Positions 1 through 12,175 of a DNA stretch of 64,000 nucleotides are shown here, one piece after another. The first letter of the stretch is position 1. The number at the start of each line of letters is the position of its first letter. Origin of the DNA: Octopus sinensis. Taxonomy: Eukaryota. The notes beneath the pieces are model-generated. The model had not been told where the DNA came from. It saw only the letters and a list, made by a program, of their open reading frames with translations, and ran no database searches. Where the stretch lies: contig NC_043012.1 of NCBI RefSeq assembly GCF_006345805.1, positions 25,420,001-25,484,000 of the forward strand, given 5' to 3'. The position numbers and the translations under genes were made by a program.

Positions 1-54
1 ATGATGATGATGATGATGATGACCATGTGCATGATCCTGATGGCGATGACGAGG

Positions 55-200
55 ACGACCAGGTCAACGCCTTCAATTTCGTTTAGGATGAAATGAAGGT
101 GGGTGCAAAAAAAAAAACTTAATGAATATTTGTGAGTGTTAGAAACCGGTAGTTTCCTTCATTTCATCCTAAACGAAATTAAGGGCGTCGACCTGGTCGT
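55..200. repeat. Inverted repeat, 45-bp arms (55-99 and 156-200), flanked by (GAT)n and (ATC)n
   Basis: ACGACCAGGTCAACGCCTTCAATTTCGTTTAGGATGAAATGAAGG matches the reverse complement of 156-200 with 3 mismatches. Confidence 0.85.
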
Positions 201-242
201 GGTGGTGGTGGTGGTGGTGGTGGTGGTCGACGTCGTCGTCGC

Positions 243-283
<41 letters not shown>

Positions 284-479
284 CTTCATCACATGTTGAA
301 AGCAGTGGGAAGTTGAAAGAGAAATAAAATTTATATTTCAAAGGGATAAACAGAATCTGTTTATAGCATGATTGTGGATAAAACACTTAAATATATGAGA
401 TGCTGTTCACTCACACCCCCTCTTCTATCTTCATTCTTCTCTCTGCCCAATCATTCTCTCCTGTCTCTGAGTGTAGACG

Positions 480-771
480 TAGCGGCATGGTAAGACTATT
501 GCTTCTCAGTCACAAGGGTTTGGGTTTTGAGATCAGTCCTACAGCGTTATACCTTGTACTAAGGTCTCGGACGAACCAAATCTTTGTCAGTGGATTTGGT
601 AGACGGAAGCTGAAAGACACAACTCGTGTATGTCTGAGTGTGTGAATATGTGTTGTGTGTGAAAGCGTGTGTGTATGTATGTGTGTGCGTCCCACCAAAG
701 CTTGGCTGCGAGTGTTAGTGCGTTTACGTTCTCATAATACATCGGGTCAGCACAAAAGACGGATTAAATAA
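480..771 (+). mobile_element. Degenerate SINE family A copy, ending at the gap
   Basis: Contains GTGGATTTGGTAGACGGAAGCTGAAAG, an internal (TG)n tract and a degenerate second module. Confidence 0.7.
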
Positions 772-871
772 NNNNNNNNNNNNNNNNNNNNNNNNNNNNN
801 NNNNNNNNNNNNNNNNNNNNNNNNNNNNNNNNNNNNNNNNNNNNNNNNNNNNNNNNNNNNNNNNNNNNNNN
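772..871. other. Assembly gap (100 N)
   Basis: Run of exactly 100 Ns. Confidence 0.99.
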
Positions 872-872
872 A

Positions 873-1468
873 CTAGGCCCGAAATTTTGGGGGAGGGAGC
901 CAGTCAATTAGATCAACCCCAGGACGCAACTGCTACTTAATTTATCGACCCCGAAAGGCTGAAAGGCAAACTCGATGTTGGCGGAATTTGAATTCAGAAC
1001 GTAAAACAGACGAGATACCGCTAACCATTTCACCCTGTGTGCTAACTTTTCTTGTTTCATTATTGCCCACAAGGAGTTAAATATAGAGGGGACAAACAAG
1101 GACAGACGAAGGGATTAAGTCGATTACATCGAGCCCAGTGCGTAACTGCTACTTAATTTATCGACCCCGAAAGGATGAAAGGTAAAGTCGACCTCGGCGG
1201 AATTTGAACTCAGAACGTAACGAAAAACGAAATACCTATTTCTTTACTACCCACAAGAGGCTAAACACAGAGAGAACAAACAAGGACAGACTAACGGATT
1301 AAATCGATTATATTGACCCCAGTGTGTAACTGGTACTTTTTTAATCGACCCCGAAAGGATGAAAGGCAAAATCGACCTCGGCGGAATTTGAACTCGGAAC
1401 GTAACGGCAGACGAAATACCGCTAAGCATTTCGCCCGGCGTGCTAACGTTTCTGCCAGCTCACCGCCT
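873..1468 (-). mobile_element. SINE family B (tRNA-derived head plus central GTCGACTTTGCCTTTCATCCTTTCGGGGTCGAT domain), three tandem units
   Basis: Minus strand reads GGCGGTGAGCTGGCAGAAACGTTAGC... with a B-box-like GAGTTCAAATTCC. The central domain occurs three times. Confidence 0.9.
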
Positions 1469-1658
1469 TTATTACCTCTAATCATTGAGGGTGATTATTC
1501 TTTTCATTTATAATAAAGGGCATCTCGCTCACCTTAAAATGTACATTTACTGTATGTGTATGCCCCGTGTAGTCTGTATTCGTTTGGTGTTTACCCACAT
1601 GTTACTTAGTAACTAGCAGTCTGTGCTACCCTAGGTAGCGTGAATGTTTAGATAAAAA

Positions 1659-1973
1659 CTAACCCCTTACCCAACAATTATTTGAAAATAAATGTATTTT
1701 TTCAGACATATTTTTTAATTGTTTTATTTTACTATGTTTTGAATGGTGATTTCGATGTATCTTTCAAACCTTATTTATTATGAATTTTAATTCAATAATA
1801 TTGATTTTAAATTACCGCTTTGGGCAGAAACGAGTTAACCCGTTTTTAGACGAAGGAACTCGTTTGCTGTCGATTTTGGCGAGTCTATCTTTTGACGAGT
1901 TAACTCGCCAGAGATAGAAAAAAACGATTTCGGTCAAAACGCATATATTCGTTTCTGCCGGGTAAGGGGTTAA
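1659..1973. mobile_element. Putative piggyBac-like MITE
   Basis: CTAA-CCCCTTACCC (1659-1672) and GGGTAAGGGG-TTAA (1960-1973) form 10-bp TIRs with a TTAA-like target site (left copy is CTAA). Confidence 0.5.
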
Positions 1974-2699
1974 GGATACTTTGATGAAGTTAATGTTTGT
2001 TCGATCGTACATTGTTTTCTGTGAATGCGCAAGGTTTAATACCTAAACTACTTACCTCTTGAAACATATCGGGATGACTATTTCTGGGGACATTTCTCTC
2101 TTTCTATTGCTCTGTTTAAACTGCGACTAAGCTTGATTCTTGTGTGCAATATTTATGACCACACCATCTGTTTCTGACAGGACGATGGGATATATTATAT
2201 TGTATCTTAAGTAGTCGGTCTCAATTGATTCTCCGTAGTATTCTAACAAAACCTTGAATCCTTTTCTTCCCCCCTAAATCGTGTGCCTTTGCTTTAATTT
2301 TCCTTTCTCTCGCGTTCGTTTTCTTCATTTCTTTCTATGTTTCTTTCTCTGGTTTACTGTTACCACAGCTGCCGCCATTGTCGCTTATATTTTGATATTT
2401 CTCTGGTTCACGTGATCTTTGGCTTCTGCTATATTTGTCGTTGTACCTGTCTTTATCCACCCCGATTGACGTCATAAGTCTACGGTGTGATTTCGACAGA
2501 GTTTACTTATTTTCTTGTGAAAATCACTTTCACGAAAGTGGCAAGCAACCAACAATGATACAGAAGACATAAAAGTAACTTACAAAAAGAATGAAGAAAG
2601 AAAATTGAACGAGGAATTGTTTTTCTTCCTGTTATGTACTCATGTAGCACAATAGGTTTCCGAAGTCTCAAGTAGACATCAGCACTTTGGAGCTGAGTG

Positions 2700-3100
2700 T
2701 ATGAAGACAACTAATATGGCCTCGTCAATTCTTTCTATGTGGTATTGTAAGCTTTGTGCGTATGCATAATCCAAGCAAAGAGAATGTACTTATCTTTCGA
2801 CTGGAAGAATCGGATTTTAGTTGCATGTGAAACGAAACACACAAGGAAACTAAAGGGACATGGATGAAATATCTGGTTGGAATGTGATGTTGTTGAAGGC
2901 ACTAATTTGGGGGTATTTTGTTGCTTAGGAAGCTTCGTCTTTTGAAAGGTTCAGCATCAGTGTGTCGCCCACCTTATCTCCAGTCCAATATACACCTAAC
3001 GAACTTCACATCTCCGCACTCTACGGCCTCCAGTGATTGGATGGTCATGACCACGCTGTGTCTGGATTCCATTGGAAGGCACTTAAATTTCCGCTAGGTA
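2700..3100 (-). mobile_element. Possible highly degenerate Penelope-like GIY-YIG relic
   Basis: Frameshifted minus-strand reading gives ...HSVV...VECG.CE..VYIG..IRWATH, loosely like VVY-I-C..C...YIG.T.R...R..EH. Confidence 0.25.
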
Positions 3101-3845
3101 GTGTTTTTGTATATATAAAGAAATTAGCGATGCAGAATTGCAAAAGATATCTCTTGCCTGTTGACAGATTGCCTAGCGTAAACTCCTTGTAACCATTCTA
3201 GATATCGATGGACTGATTTCTATTGATTCTATTAGAGTTGCATTTGTCTTGAAAGAGTACACACTCAAAATAAAATCATAGACCTCACCACCAGTGGAGT
3301 TCTATAAGTTACCCACTGCTCTTCATGTGTATTATAAATGTTAGGACAAGGAGCTTAGTATTGCGTTGATTAGTCGTACTTTTAAATGTCTAAAATCTCT
3401 CGTGTTTTGTACGACTTTATGAGGCAGAAACAACCTAATCATGGAGGGACGTCCGTCATTTTTTAGTAAAGCTTTTGGCAGTTCACACCAGTTTTTCATT
3501 TATTTGCTCTAGTGTGTCTGCATTTCTCATTTTTGTGGAAAGAACACATTTCATTCGTCAGCCTAATCAAAAATGTTAAACAATAAAATATTTTCCTACG
3601 TACAGGCGCGAGATTTTTATGACTGAACCAGACGTCTGCCTTAATGAGTTGAAGGTGTGACACTTACTATTATTCATAGGTAGTGGACATATTTAGTTCC
3701 AATTTGTCAAGAAGATTTTCTTAATAGTTAATCTCGTATATGAATAATAATAATAATTTGAATACGAAGAAGAGCAAAATTAAAAATGAAAATGAGTAGA
3801 ATGCAATGGGGGAAAGACGTAGATGAGGAAGCAGATTAAACGAAA

Positions 3846-4037
3846 AGAAGAGAGAAGAAGAAGAAGAAGAGAAGAAGATGAAATAAGAAGAAGAAGAAGA
3901 GAAGCAGAAGAAGATGAAGAAGAAGAAGAAGGAGAGAAGCAGAAGAAGAAGAAGAAGAAGAAGAAGAAGAAGAAGAAGAAGAAGAAGAAGAAGAAGAAGA
4001 AGAAGAAGAAGAAGAAGAAGAAGAAGAAGAAGAAGAA
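3846..4037 (+). repeat. (GAA)n microsatellite, pure from about 3941
   Basis: Direct inspection. Confidence 0.97.
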
Positions 4038-4249
4038 CAATACACAGACACACAAAATAAATAAACAGAATAAGCAGCAGCAATGGCTGCAACACGGATG
4101 GCTGTCTTGCTAGAAATAGTTATCAAATATTCCCTAAACCACAATTCAGAATATAGTTCTAGATATGTAATATGTTCGGATAAGGAAGAAAGTTGGGTAC
4201 ACGAGGAAAGTGTTGGGTTAAAGTTCCACTCTGGGTTGATCGGAAGTTT

Positions 4250-4700
4250 AAGAACAACAACAGAAATAACGAGAACAGCAGACACAGCAACAACAACATC
4301 AGCAACAACAACAAACAACATCAGCAGGAGCAGAAGCAAAAACAACAGCAGATGCTGCAATAATAGCAATAGGAGTGGCAACAAAACAAAAACTGTAGTG
4401 GCAGCAACAACAACAACAACAACATTCTCGAGAGCAGCAGCAGCCAGCAACATCGGCAGGAGCAGCAGTAATAGCAGCGGGGGCCGTAGCAATTACTTCA
4501 AAATGAAAGATCAAATAAAAGAAAATTGAAAGAAGACTAACAACAAAAAGCAACGAACAAAGTCTACACTATCAATTGTGCTGACAACAACATTATCATC
4601 ATCATCATCATCATCAGTAGCGTAGCAACAATAACAACAGCAACAACGAAAGCAAGAATCAGAATAAAGAGAAATAGCAGCAATATGAAGATCACAAAGA
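4250..4700 (+). repeat. CAA/CAG/CAT-rich low-complexity tract
   Basis: Direct inspection. Confidence 0.8.
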
Positions 4701-4823
4701 CGTGATATGAACGATGGTTGGTGTTTAAGCGAAGCTCAAAAAAAAAAAATCAACAACAGCCGCAATATCGACAATAGAAACATTGACAGCAACAACAATG
4801 TCAACAGTAATAACTGTAATTAA

Positions 4824-4882
<59 letters not shown>

Positions 4883-4883
<1 letters not shown>

Positions 4884-5431
4884 CGCCCTGATGCAGTACC
4901 AGGCAGTGGCTTTCATGGCTTCTGATCTTAACTGATTGGAAGTGTTATCATGTACATTGTTTTGTCTTGGTATAAAAGATGGGCTACAGCAAATATTCTG
5001 CTCAATACCACAGATTTGCTTGTCAGTTGTTTGACTTTAACCAGTTGAGCATGTCCCTTAGTGGCTGACGATATGTGCATCTCTGATCACGAGCAGAAGT
5101 AGTGGGAGAGCATCATGTGTTGTGAGGGATTCTTTGGGGTTTGAATAATTCATCTCTGGAAACATGAGTGGTTCTTTCAACATCCTTAAACAACCCTTAT
5201 TCAGGGACCTTTTGAGCGGGATGGGCTACTCAACCTGAAGAAAATTCTAACTGGGCCCCACCTGCAAGGTCATGTGCTGTTTATCTTGATATGGATCACC
5301 ATGTCGCGCACATATGGTTGTGATGCATGTGCCTGGTGTACCCTTATCAGACGGGTAGTCATCATGGGTATATTGGGCTTCGTATATTTTACCCCAGTGT
5401 CACTTTGATGGCATGAACTGCTCTCTCACTC
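4883..5431 (-). mobile_element. About 550-bp interspersed repeat (family D) embedded in (AAT)n
   Basis: Abuts (AAT)n on both sides. A partial copy in the opposite orientation lies at 42198-42400 (shared AGCAAATATTCTGCTCAATACCAC). Confidence 0.75.
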
Positions 5432-5783
5432 AATAATAATAATAATAATAATAATAACAGTAATGATAATAGTAATAATAATAATGATAATAATAATAAT
5501 AACAATAATAATAATTATAATAATAATAATGGTGATGATGATGATAGTAATAATAAAAATGATAATAATAATAACAATAATAATAATTATAATAGTAATA
5601 AAAATAATGATAATAATAATGATGATAATAATAGTAATAATAAAAACAATGATGATGATAATAATGATAATAAGAATATTGATAGTAGTAATAAAAATGA
5701 TAATAATAATGATAATAATAATAATGATGATAATAATAATAATAACAATGATAATAATAACAATGATAATAATAATAATATTA

Positions 5784-5822
<39 letters not shown>

Positions 5823-5845
5823 TAATAATAATAATAATAATAATA
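5432..5845 (+). repeat. Compound (AAT/GAT/AGT)n microsatellite
   Basis: Direct inspection. Confidence 0.95.
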
Positions 5846-6317
5846 AGAAGAAGAAGAAGAATAGTATGGCAGAGACAGTGACAACAGTTGTATGAAGAAC
5901 AACAAAGTGCGGGAAGGACCACAGAGTGATGTAGGCATCGACTACGTTGGTGGGCGGAGAGAGACAGCTAGAGATGATACACGTCATCCAAGCACGCATT
6001 CAGACAATAGAAGAAGACCAAGGGAGATGATGTAGAGGAGGACACAGGCAGCAGCAGCAGCAGCCGTAGCAGTAGCAGCAGCAGCAGTAGAAGCACCTCA
6101 TTAACAAAGAAGTTTGTGACAACAACTGTTGCAATACAAAAGTAATAATTATTCCAACAATAACCAATCAACGAGGGAAGATGTGATGGTGTGTTAGCTG
6201 ACGACATCGATTCTAGCATTTGAGTAGTATCTTATTTTATCAATCCCGAAGGGAGAGGATGAGTGATAAAGTTAAATTCTGCGGGATTTGAGGTCGAAAA
6301 AAAAAACTGTAAAGATA

Positions 6318-6493
6318 GGCGTAGGAGTGGCTGTGTTGTAAGTAGCTTGCTTACGAACCACATGGTTCCGAGTTCAGTTTCGCTCCGTGGCACCTTGGGC
6401 AAGTGTCTTTTACTATAGCCTCGGGCCGACCAAAGCCTTGTAAGTGGATTTGGTAGATGGAAATTGAAAGAAGCCCGTCGTATATGCGTATAC

Positions 6494-6537
<44 letters not shown>

Positions 6538-6540
6538 TGT
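6318..6540 (+). mobile_element. SINE family A, 5' module plus (TA)(TG) tract
   Basis: GGCGTAGGAGTGGCTGTGTTGTAAG...GGTTCCGAGTTCAG...CCTTGGGCAAGTGTC...GAAAGAAGCCCGTCG. Confidence 0.9.
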
Positions 6541-6764
6541 AACCTATCAGTAATGCAACTATGACTAATGGAAAAAGCTGTAAGCCAAATCTGATCTCAT
6601 AAAGGAATTATATGTAATGACCAGTATTTTCACTTGTTTCTTGTTTGGAATGTATTGGTGAGATATTCGTTGGTATTTGAATTTTGAAAATCAGTATTTC
6701 TTGTGTATGGAAACATGCGCTTGCTCCTTTAAGCTGTTTCGTATATTTACTCCTTCACGATATA

Positions 6765-6890
6765 TTCTTTTCAGCACTAGGCACAATGCTCGAAATTTTT
6801 GGAGAGGGTGTCAGTCGAATAGATCAACCCTAGTACGTAACTGGCACTTAATTTATCGACCCCGAAAGGATGAATGGCAAAGTAGATCTC
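6765..6890 (-). mobile_element. SINE family B 3' fragment
   Basis: TTATCGACCCCGAAAGGATGAATGGCAAAG plus tail AGGCACAA. Confidence 0.8.
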
Positions 6891-7099
6891 TTTCACAGTA
6901 TATTGCCTGAGTCGGGATACTATATAGGAGTGCCTAATACAGGTTCGAAGTTCTGAGATAAAACAACGCTCTCAAAGTACAAAAATTTTCCCCAGCAACC
7001 ATAAATGAACTCCATTACAAATTCTAAACAATCAATTAGACATGACCTGAAGGACCGTTAATGCTACAGGACTGGTAAAAAAAACCTTTAAAATCATTA

Positions 7100-7700
7100 A
7101 TGTTATAATAACCTAAATTCCATGTTTCAGCCGCACCATTATGCAAATGAGGTAATTTAAAAATTTAAACGTCTGCGAAAGCCATTACGGTTTTTTACTA
7201 CTGTAATCTTATCTTCTGCTAACTTGAGTGTAGCTGCCTTATTCTTCCTTAGTGTATCTCAAACACTGTTCACCAAACTAGTGAACTAAATGATCTTGTT
7301 TAATTGACACCTTCGTAAACGTCTGTCGAGATGAAGGTCTGTCTCTTGATGTTTTGTCTAATAGCATATTTCTGGAATCGCTGAGATATAGTTCCAGGCA
7401 ATGCTATTTTGTGACGGTCAAAAATGCCTAGTTTATAAATAAAGGCTGTTTGTAAGGCATATTTGGGTCCTCGAAGACGAGTTAAAATGATGCCTTAAAT
7501 TTCTGGTAATCAATCCACAGAAGATTGGAAGGAATCATTAAACATGGCGTATAATAATTGTTCCTCATTTGGGGTAGAATGCCAGCAGCTTATGTGAAGG
7601 GAAAGCTTTTCAATAATATCGACCCCGTTACATAAGTGGCATATTATTTTGGAAGCATGAAAGGCAATCGAATATTGCAGTAATGCAGACGCAGAGAAGA
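7100..7700 (-). mobile_element. Possible degenerate non-LTR reverse transcriptase relic
   Basis: Minus strand gives LWIDYQKF (cf. RTE WIDYKKAYD) and ...STPNEEQ. Many stops. Confidence 0.3.
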
Positions 7701-9351
7701 AGGCCATCATTGTTAAAAGAAAGTACTTGGAATTGCAGGTAACACGTGACCTACGGTGGGACGCAAACAGCGTGAGGACGCACAGAGAAACTCTGAGATG
7801 CCGACGTTATTATTGTAGAAGTAGAAAAGACAGATAAAAAAATTAAGTCAGCGCATATGTAAACCATAACTTGAAGGGTAACTTTCCGCAACGTCACAAT
7901 TTATTAATCGTGTAAAATATTATAAACGGCCATTAAAATTACTGCATGTGTATCTGTAGCATCCTCACAGATGTGGCAATGGTAGTCCATTGTGCGTCTT
8001 ACTGGAGCTTCATGAATTGTTTGTTATTGCTGGTGATTGAAGTGTATTGTCTTTGAAGAGAAAGGCCAGTCTTTAAACCGGGCACTTTACAAAGATAAGG
8101 ATGTATGTTGACCGGAAGAGGTTGCAGATGATACTGAGGTCTTACGTTTGAAGGTAGTGTTCTAGTATCTCTCATTCTCGCTCAAGAGACGGATGTAACG
8201 TACTGTAATGTTGCCATTATATTTGCAGTGGATATGTTGCCTTTATATCTGCACTTCTATATCCAGTTTGATTTGGTTTTCGTTAACTTAAAGTGTATTT
8301 GAAGAGAAGAAAAATAAATTATCTATAAAGAAACCCAACGGATATATTACACACTGCGTCAAAAGAGATAGCGTCGATAGCTATCTGAAAACTGACTTAA
8401 CAAAAAGTAACAAAAACCAAAAAACACAAGGCCTCATTAAAGAATAAAATCTGTGAGCTATAAAGAGTCAGGAATGGCACGGTCGTAAATTCCTTTAATT
8501 TTATTCTGTCTGCTTCATCGAGGATGTTCTGGAGCTAATTAACAAACGCCAATTTCGAAACCACAAATTTGCAGACGGCCGAGATCTACTACTGCACAGC
8601 ATCAAACGGGAGTGCGATCAGTTGACGATGCTATAAGGAGCATCATCGGCATAAATTGTATCCACATCGGCAGTAATATCATCCTCCTCCTCATCATCAT
8701 CATCATCTAAGTGATATACATCGTATCCCATTTTTCATTAGCTCATATGTCCCTGTATGAACACTTGTTTCCATGACAAGAAATCTTTTGGCGGTAAACA
8801 AACTTGCCTACATCTGCATGCACACTCGCACACACATACACGCATACACAAACAGACAGACAGACACACACATGCGCGCGCATACACACACACAGAGGCA
8901 CACACACACATACACATGCACACACACACATACACACACACACACACACACACATGAATATCATTTATTTCAGCCATTAGACTGGGCCATGTTGGATCAA
9001 TATATGTATAAACACACATATATGACCATATGTCAAGGTTTTAGGCGAAGTCGGTAAGGTGTTCAGTTTGCAATCGTACGTCGTGTGTTCGAAAATCATT
9101 TGGAGCATTATTCGGTTCACTCAGCTGTCAAAATTCAGTATTTCAAGGGGCCAATTTTGTTGCATTCCATTTCACACTGAGACAAAAATTACGGGTACAC
9201 GTGTTTGTGGAGTAGTCAGCTACTTGCATGTTAACCTCCCGAGCAGGCAGTTCCGTTCATTGTACACTTGTCGTAAGCCTCTGTTTGTAACACATATTCA
9301 TAAAAGTTTGTCTGTCGGTATATAATATATATATATGTATACACACAACGT

Positions 9352-9438
9352 ACTTGCCCAAGATGCCACGCAGTGGGATTAAAAACAGAGCTTTGTGTTT
9401 TGGAAGCAAATTTCTTACCAGACACCCACTCCTGCGCC
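9352..9438 (-). mobile_element. SINE family A head fragment
   Basis: TTGCCCAAGATGCCACGCAGTGGG...CCACTCCTGCGCC, abutting (TA)n. Confidence 0.8.
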
Positions 9439-9471
<33 letters not shown>

Positions 9472-9488
9472 TATATATATTATGTATC

Positions 9489-9584
<96 letters not shown>

Positions 9585-9657
9585 GTATGAATATATATGT
9601 ATGTATGTATGTATGTATATATATATATATATGTATGTATGTATGTATTTATGTATG

Positions 9658-9714
<57 letters not shown>

Positions 9715-9752
9715 TGTTGTGTGTGTGTGTGTGCGTGTGTATGTGTGTGTGT
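9439..9752. repeat. (TA)n/(TATG)n/(TG)n compound microsatellite
   Basis: Direct inspection. Confidence 0.95.
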
Positions 9753-10238
9753 AGAATTTAAACACAAAGAGAAAAGCCACTAAGTAGTTTTCCAACACGC
9801 TTGAAATAGGAGTTAAATGGCAAACCACGAAATAAACTATTATTTTAGTACGTTGCATGTAGACAGGCAGGACAATTTGAGTGAATGCAAACATGATTGA
9901 CGATTGAATCAATGCATTGACCATCTATAGCTCATCAGCGACAATTGGTATGGACATATAATTATAAAACTCGAATACATACCGCCTTAGACAAGATACA
10001 CATCCATCTTTATGCATCGAGGAATTCAATTGAAAATGTTCAACAAACAACGCACCTAAAACCAGAAAAAAGCAGCAGTGAATTATATGACTCTTAGAAT
10101 TAAAATATTTAAATCTAAATATAGGGTAAAAATTAAATATCAGTGTTTACTAATGGCCAGCGCGAGTAAAATTGTCCGTAGACTGCAAATATTATTATAT
10201 TATATTAATATATATATATATATATATATTTATTTTAT

Positions 10239-10348
10239 TATATAGAAGGAGCTTCTACAGGACTAGTACTGTTTCATTCAAGAGAAATCTTCAGGAAGAT
10301 TTCTCTTGAATGAAACAGTACTAGTCCTGTAGAAGCTCCTTCTATATA
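10239..10348. repeat. Perfect 110-bp palindrome (54-bp arms, 2-nt spacer)
   Basis: 10239-10292 is the exact reverse complement of 10295-10348. Confidence 0.97.
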
Positions 10349-10457
10349 TAAATTAATTTTACTCTGCTATGTATTGAGTACCTTACTTACTGTGGTTAAC
10401 CCCGGATCAACCCGGGACCTACATATATATATATATAATATATATATATATATATTA

Positions 10458-10790
10458 CGGAGATGTACTTGCATAGCAAGTAACCTGATCTGAGATCGTG
10501 CTGAAGCAAAATCAATAGCAACGTGGAAGGTGTTTATAAGCCAATTAAATACATGCAAAAACTGTTAGATTCACTTCAAAATTTAAAATTGATTTGCCAA
10601 AATATTATCGTCGCTTTGAGACCGCGACCTGTTCTCTGACTGTTCACTGACAAAATTCCGAGCACGGAATTTTGGAAGTGAACAAGTCGCGGTCTCAAAG
10701 CGACGATAATATTTTGGTAAATTAAATTAAAATTTTGAAGTGAATCTAACGGTTTTTGTCTGTTTTTAACTGGCTTATAAATATTTTCTA
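10458..10790. mobile_element. Foldback (MITE-like) element next to (TA)n
   Basis: Arms TTATAAGCCA...GTTAGATTCACTTCAAAAT...CGTCGCTTTGAGACCGCGAC and GTCGCGGTCTCAAAGCGACG...GAAGTGAATCTAAC...TGGCTTATAA, with an inner hairpin AAAATTCCG/CGGAATTTT. Confidence 0.8.
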
Positions 10791-11887
10791 TGCTGCACAA
10801 CATATGTGTGTATGTATATGGGCCTATATTTTCCAACATACTTAGTATATATGGACATATTGACTTAAACATACAGATACACATGTATACACTTATACAT
10901 ACACACACCAGACAGATGAATAATCACACACACACATACATACATACACATACGCATTTTGTATTATTATACATAATTATTCGCATACACAAAGACACGC
11001 ACGTGTACACACGTATACACAGACATACACCACTCTCAGACAACTGAGACAGGTGCATAAACATATATTTCATTGAAGAAAACACATTGTCGCCTGATGC
11101 TATGAACAGATTGTTAGAAACTGATTTTCTGTTTCTTGTAGAGAAACATAAATCAAAACGACATCAACAGCAGCACTATCATCATTCTTTTCCCCTTCTT
11201 CCTCCTCCTCCTCCTCATCATCATCATCAACAATAACGAAAATAACAGCAGCAGCAATAACATGATATTCTAACATTCGAAACTTATCTATAATTAATGA
11301 GGTTTACCTGGAACACTGACATACGTTACTGTCAGAAGTAAGACAGACACGAATCTAAGACTTATTTATCAGTTGTGACCTGCAAACGAGTATCGCATAC
11401 AGATTACTAAAAGTTAGTACAATTCTCTTAGAAAATTGTAGGTTGATTGTATCGATCTCCAGTCCTTCACTGGCCATTATTTTATCGAGGCCGCAATCCG
11501 AAACGTGAAATCTTAACCAAATTGTTATCACTCTTGATTATTTAGCTGCATAACAGATTGGATTTGATTTATTGGATCAGACCTGTGAACAAAACGTATT
11601 CCTGCCGTAGTCACCCAAACATTAAAATATGGTTTTGTCTTTTTACTTTCCCCTTTCTTACTGAAATATATTAATTCAATATGTTATTTGTCTTAGACAG
11701 TAGGGCGTAATTGGAGAGAGGTTTACTGGTAACGTTGATTAATGATGCATTCTTGTTGGCTTGAATGGCAATGATTTAAATTTCCTGGTGTCAGAATAGC
11801 ATGTTCCTTAAGTACAGTCGACACATTTCGGTTTGTTAAATACTCGGTTTCATTTTAAATTATCTTACAGCATTGCAATGAAATGTG

Positions 11888-12175
11888 GGGCCATATGGCC
11901 TAGGGGCTAGAGAAGCGGACACGCAGTCGAGGGATCGCTGGTTCGAATCTCAGAACGAGCGATGTGTGTGTTTACGAGCGAAACACCTAAGCCCCACGCG
12001 GCTTTGACAGAAGGTAATGGTGAACTTCTGCCGAATCTTTCACCGTAACTTTCTCTCGCTCTTTCCTCCTACATCTAGCAGCTCACCTGCGGCCCAGGTT
12101 GGGGAACCTAGATGGCAATGAAATCGGGAAACCAGCCCTTCTGAGCCAGGCATGGCTCGAGAAGTAACAAACAAT
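11888..12175 (+). mobile_element. tRNA-derived SINE family C, degenerate
   Basis: A-box-like TGGCCTAGGGG and B-box GGTTCGAATC. Body is similar to 34757 and 59930. Confidence 0.75.

Noticed and set aside
2041-2460. Perfect minus-strand donor AAGAG|GTAAGT at 2056 with an upstream purine-rich region
   Set aside because: All frames have stops before any good acceptor. It looks more like a decayed gag/ORF1 relic (PICFK).
3721-5999. Long ORFs rich in poly-K/E/L/I/S
   Set aside because: They are translations of (GAA)n, (CAA/CAG)n and (AAT)n microsatellites, with no domain signal.
11141-11260. Strong plus acceptor followed by a His/Pro/Gln-rich frame
   Set aside because: Low-complexity CAT/CCT repeats explain it, and it stops early.
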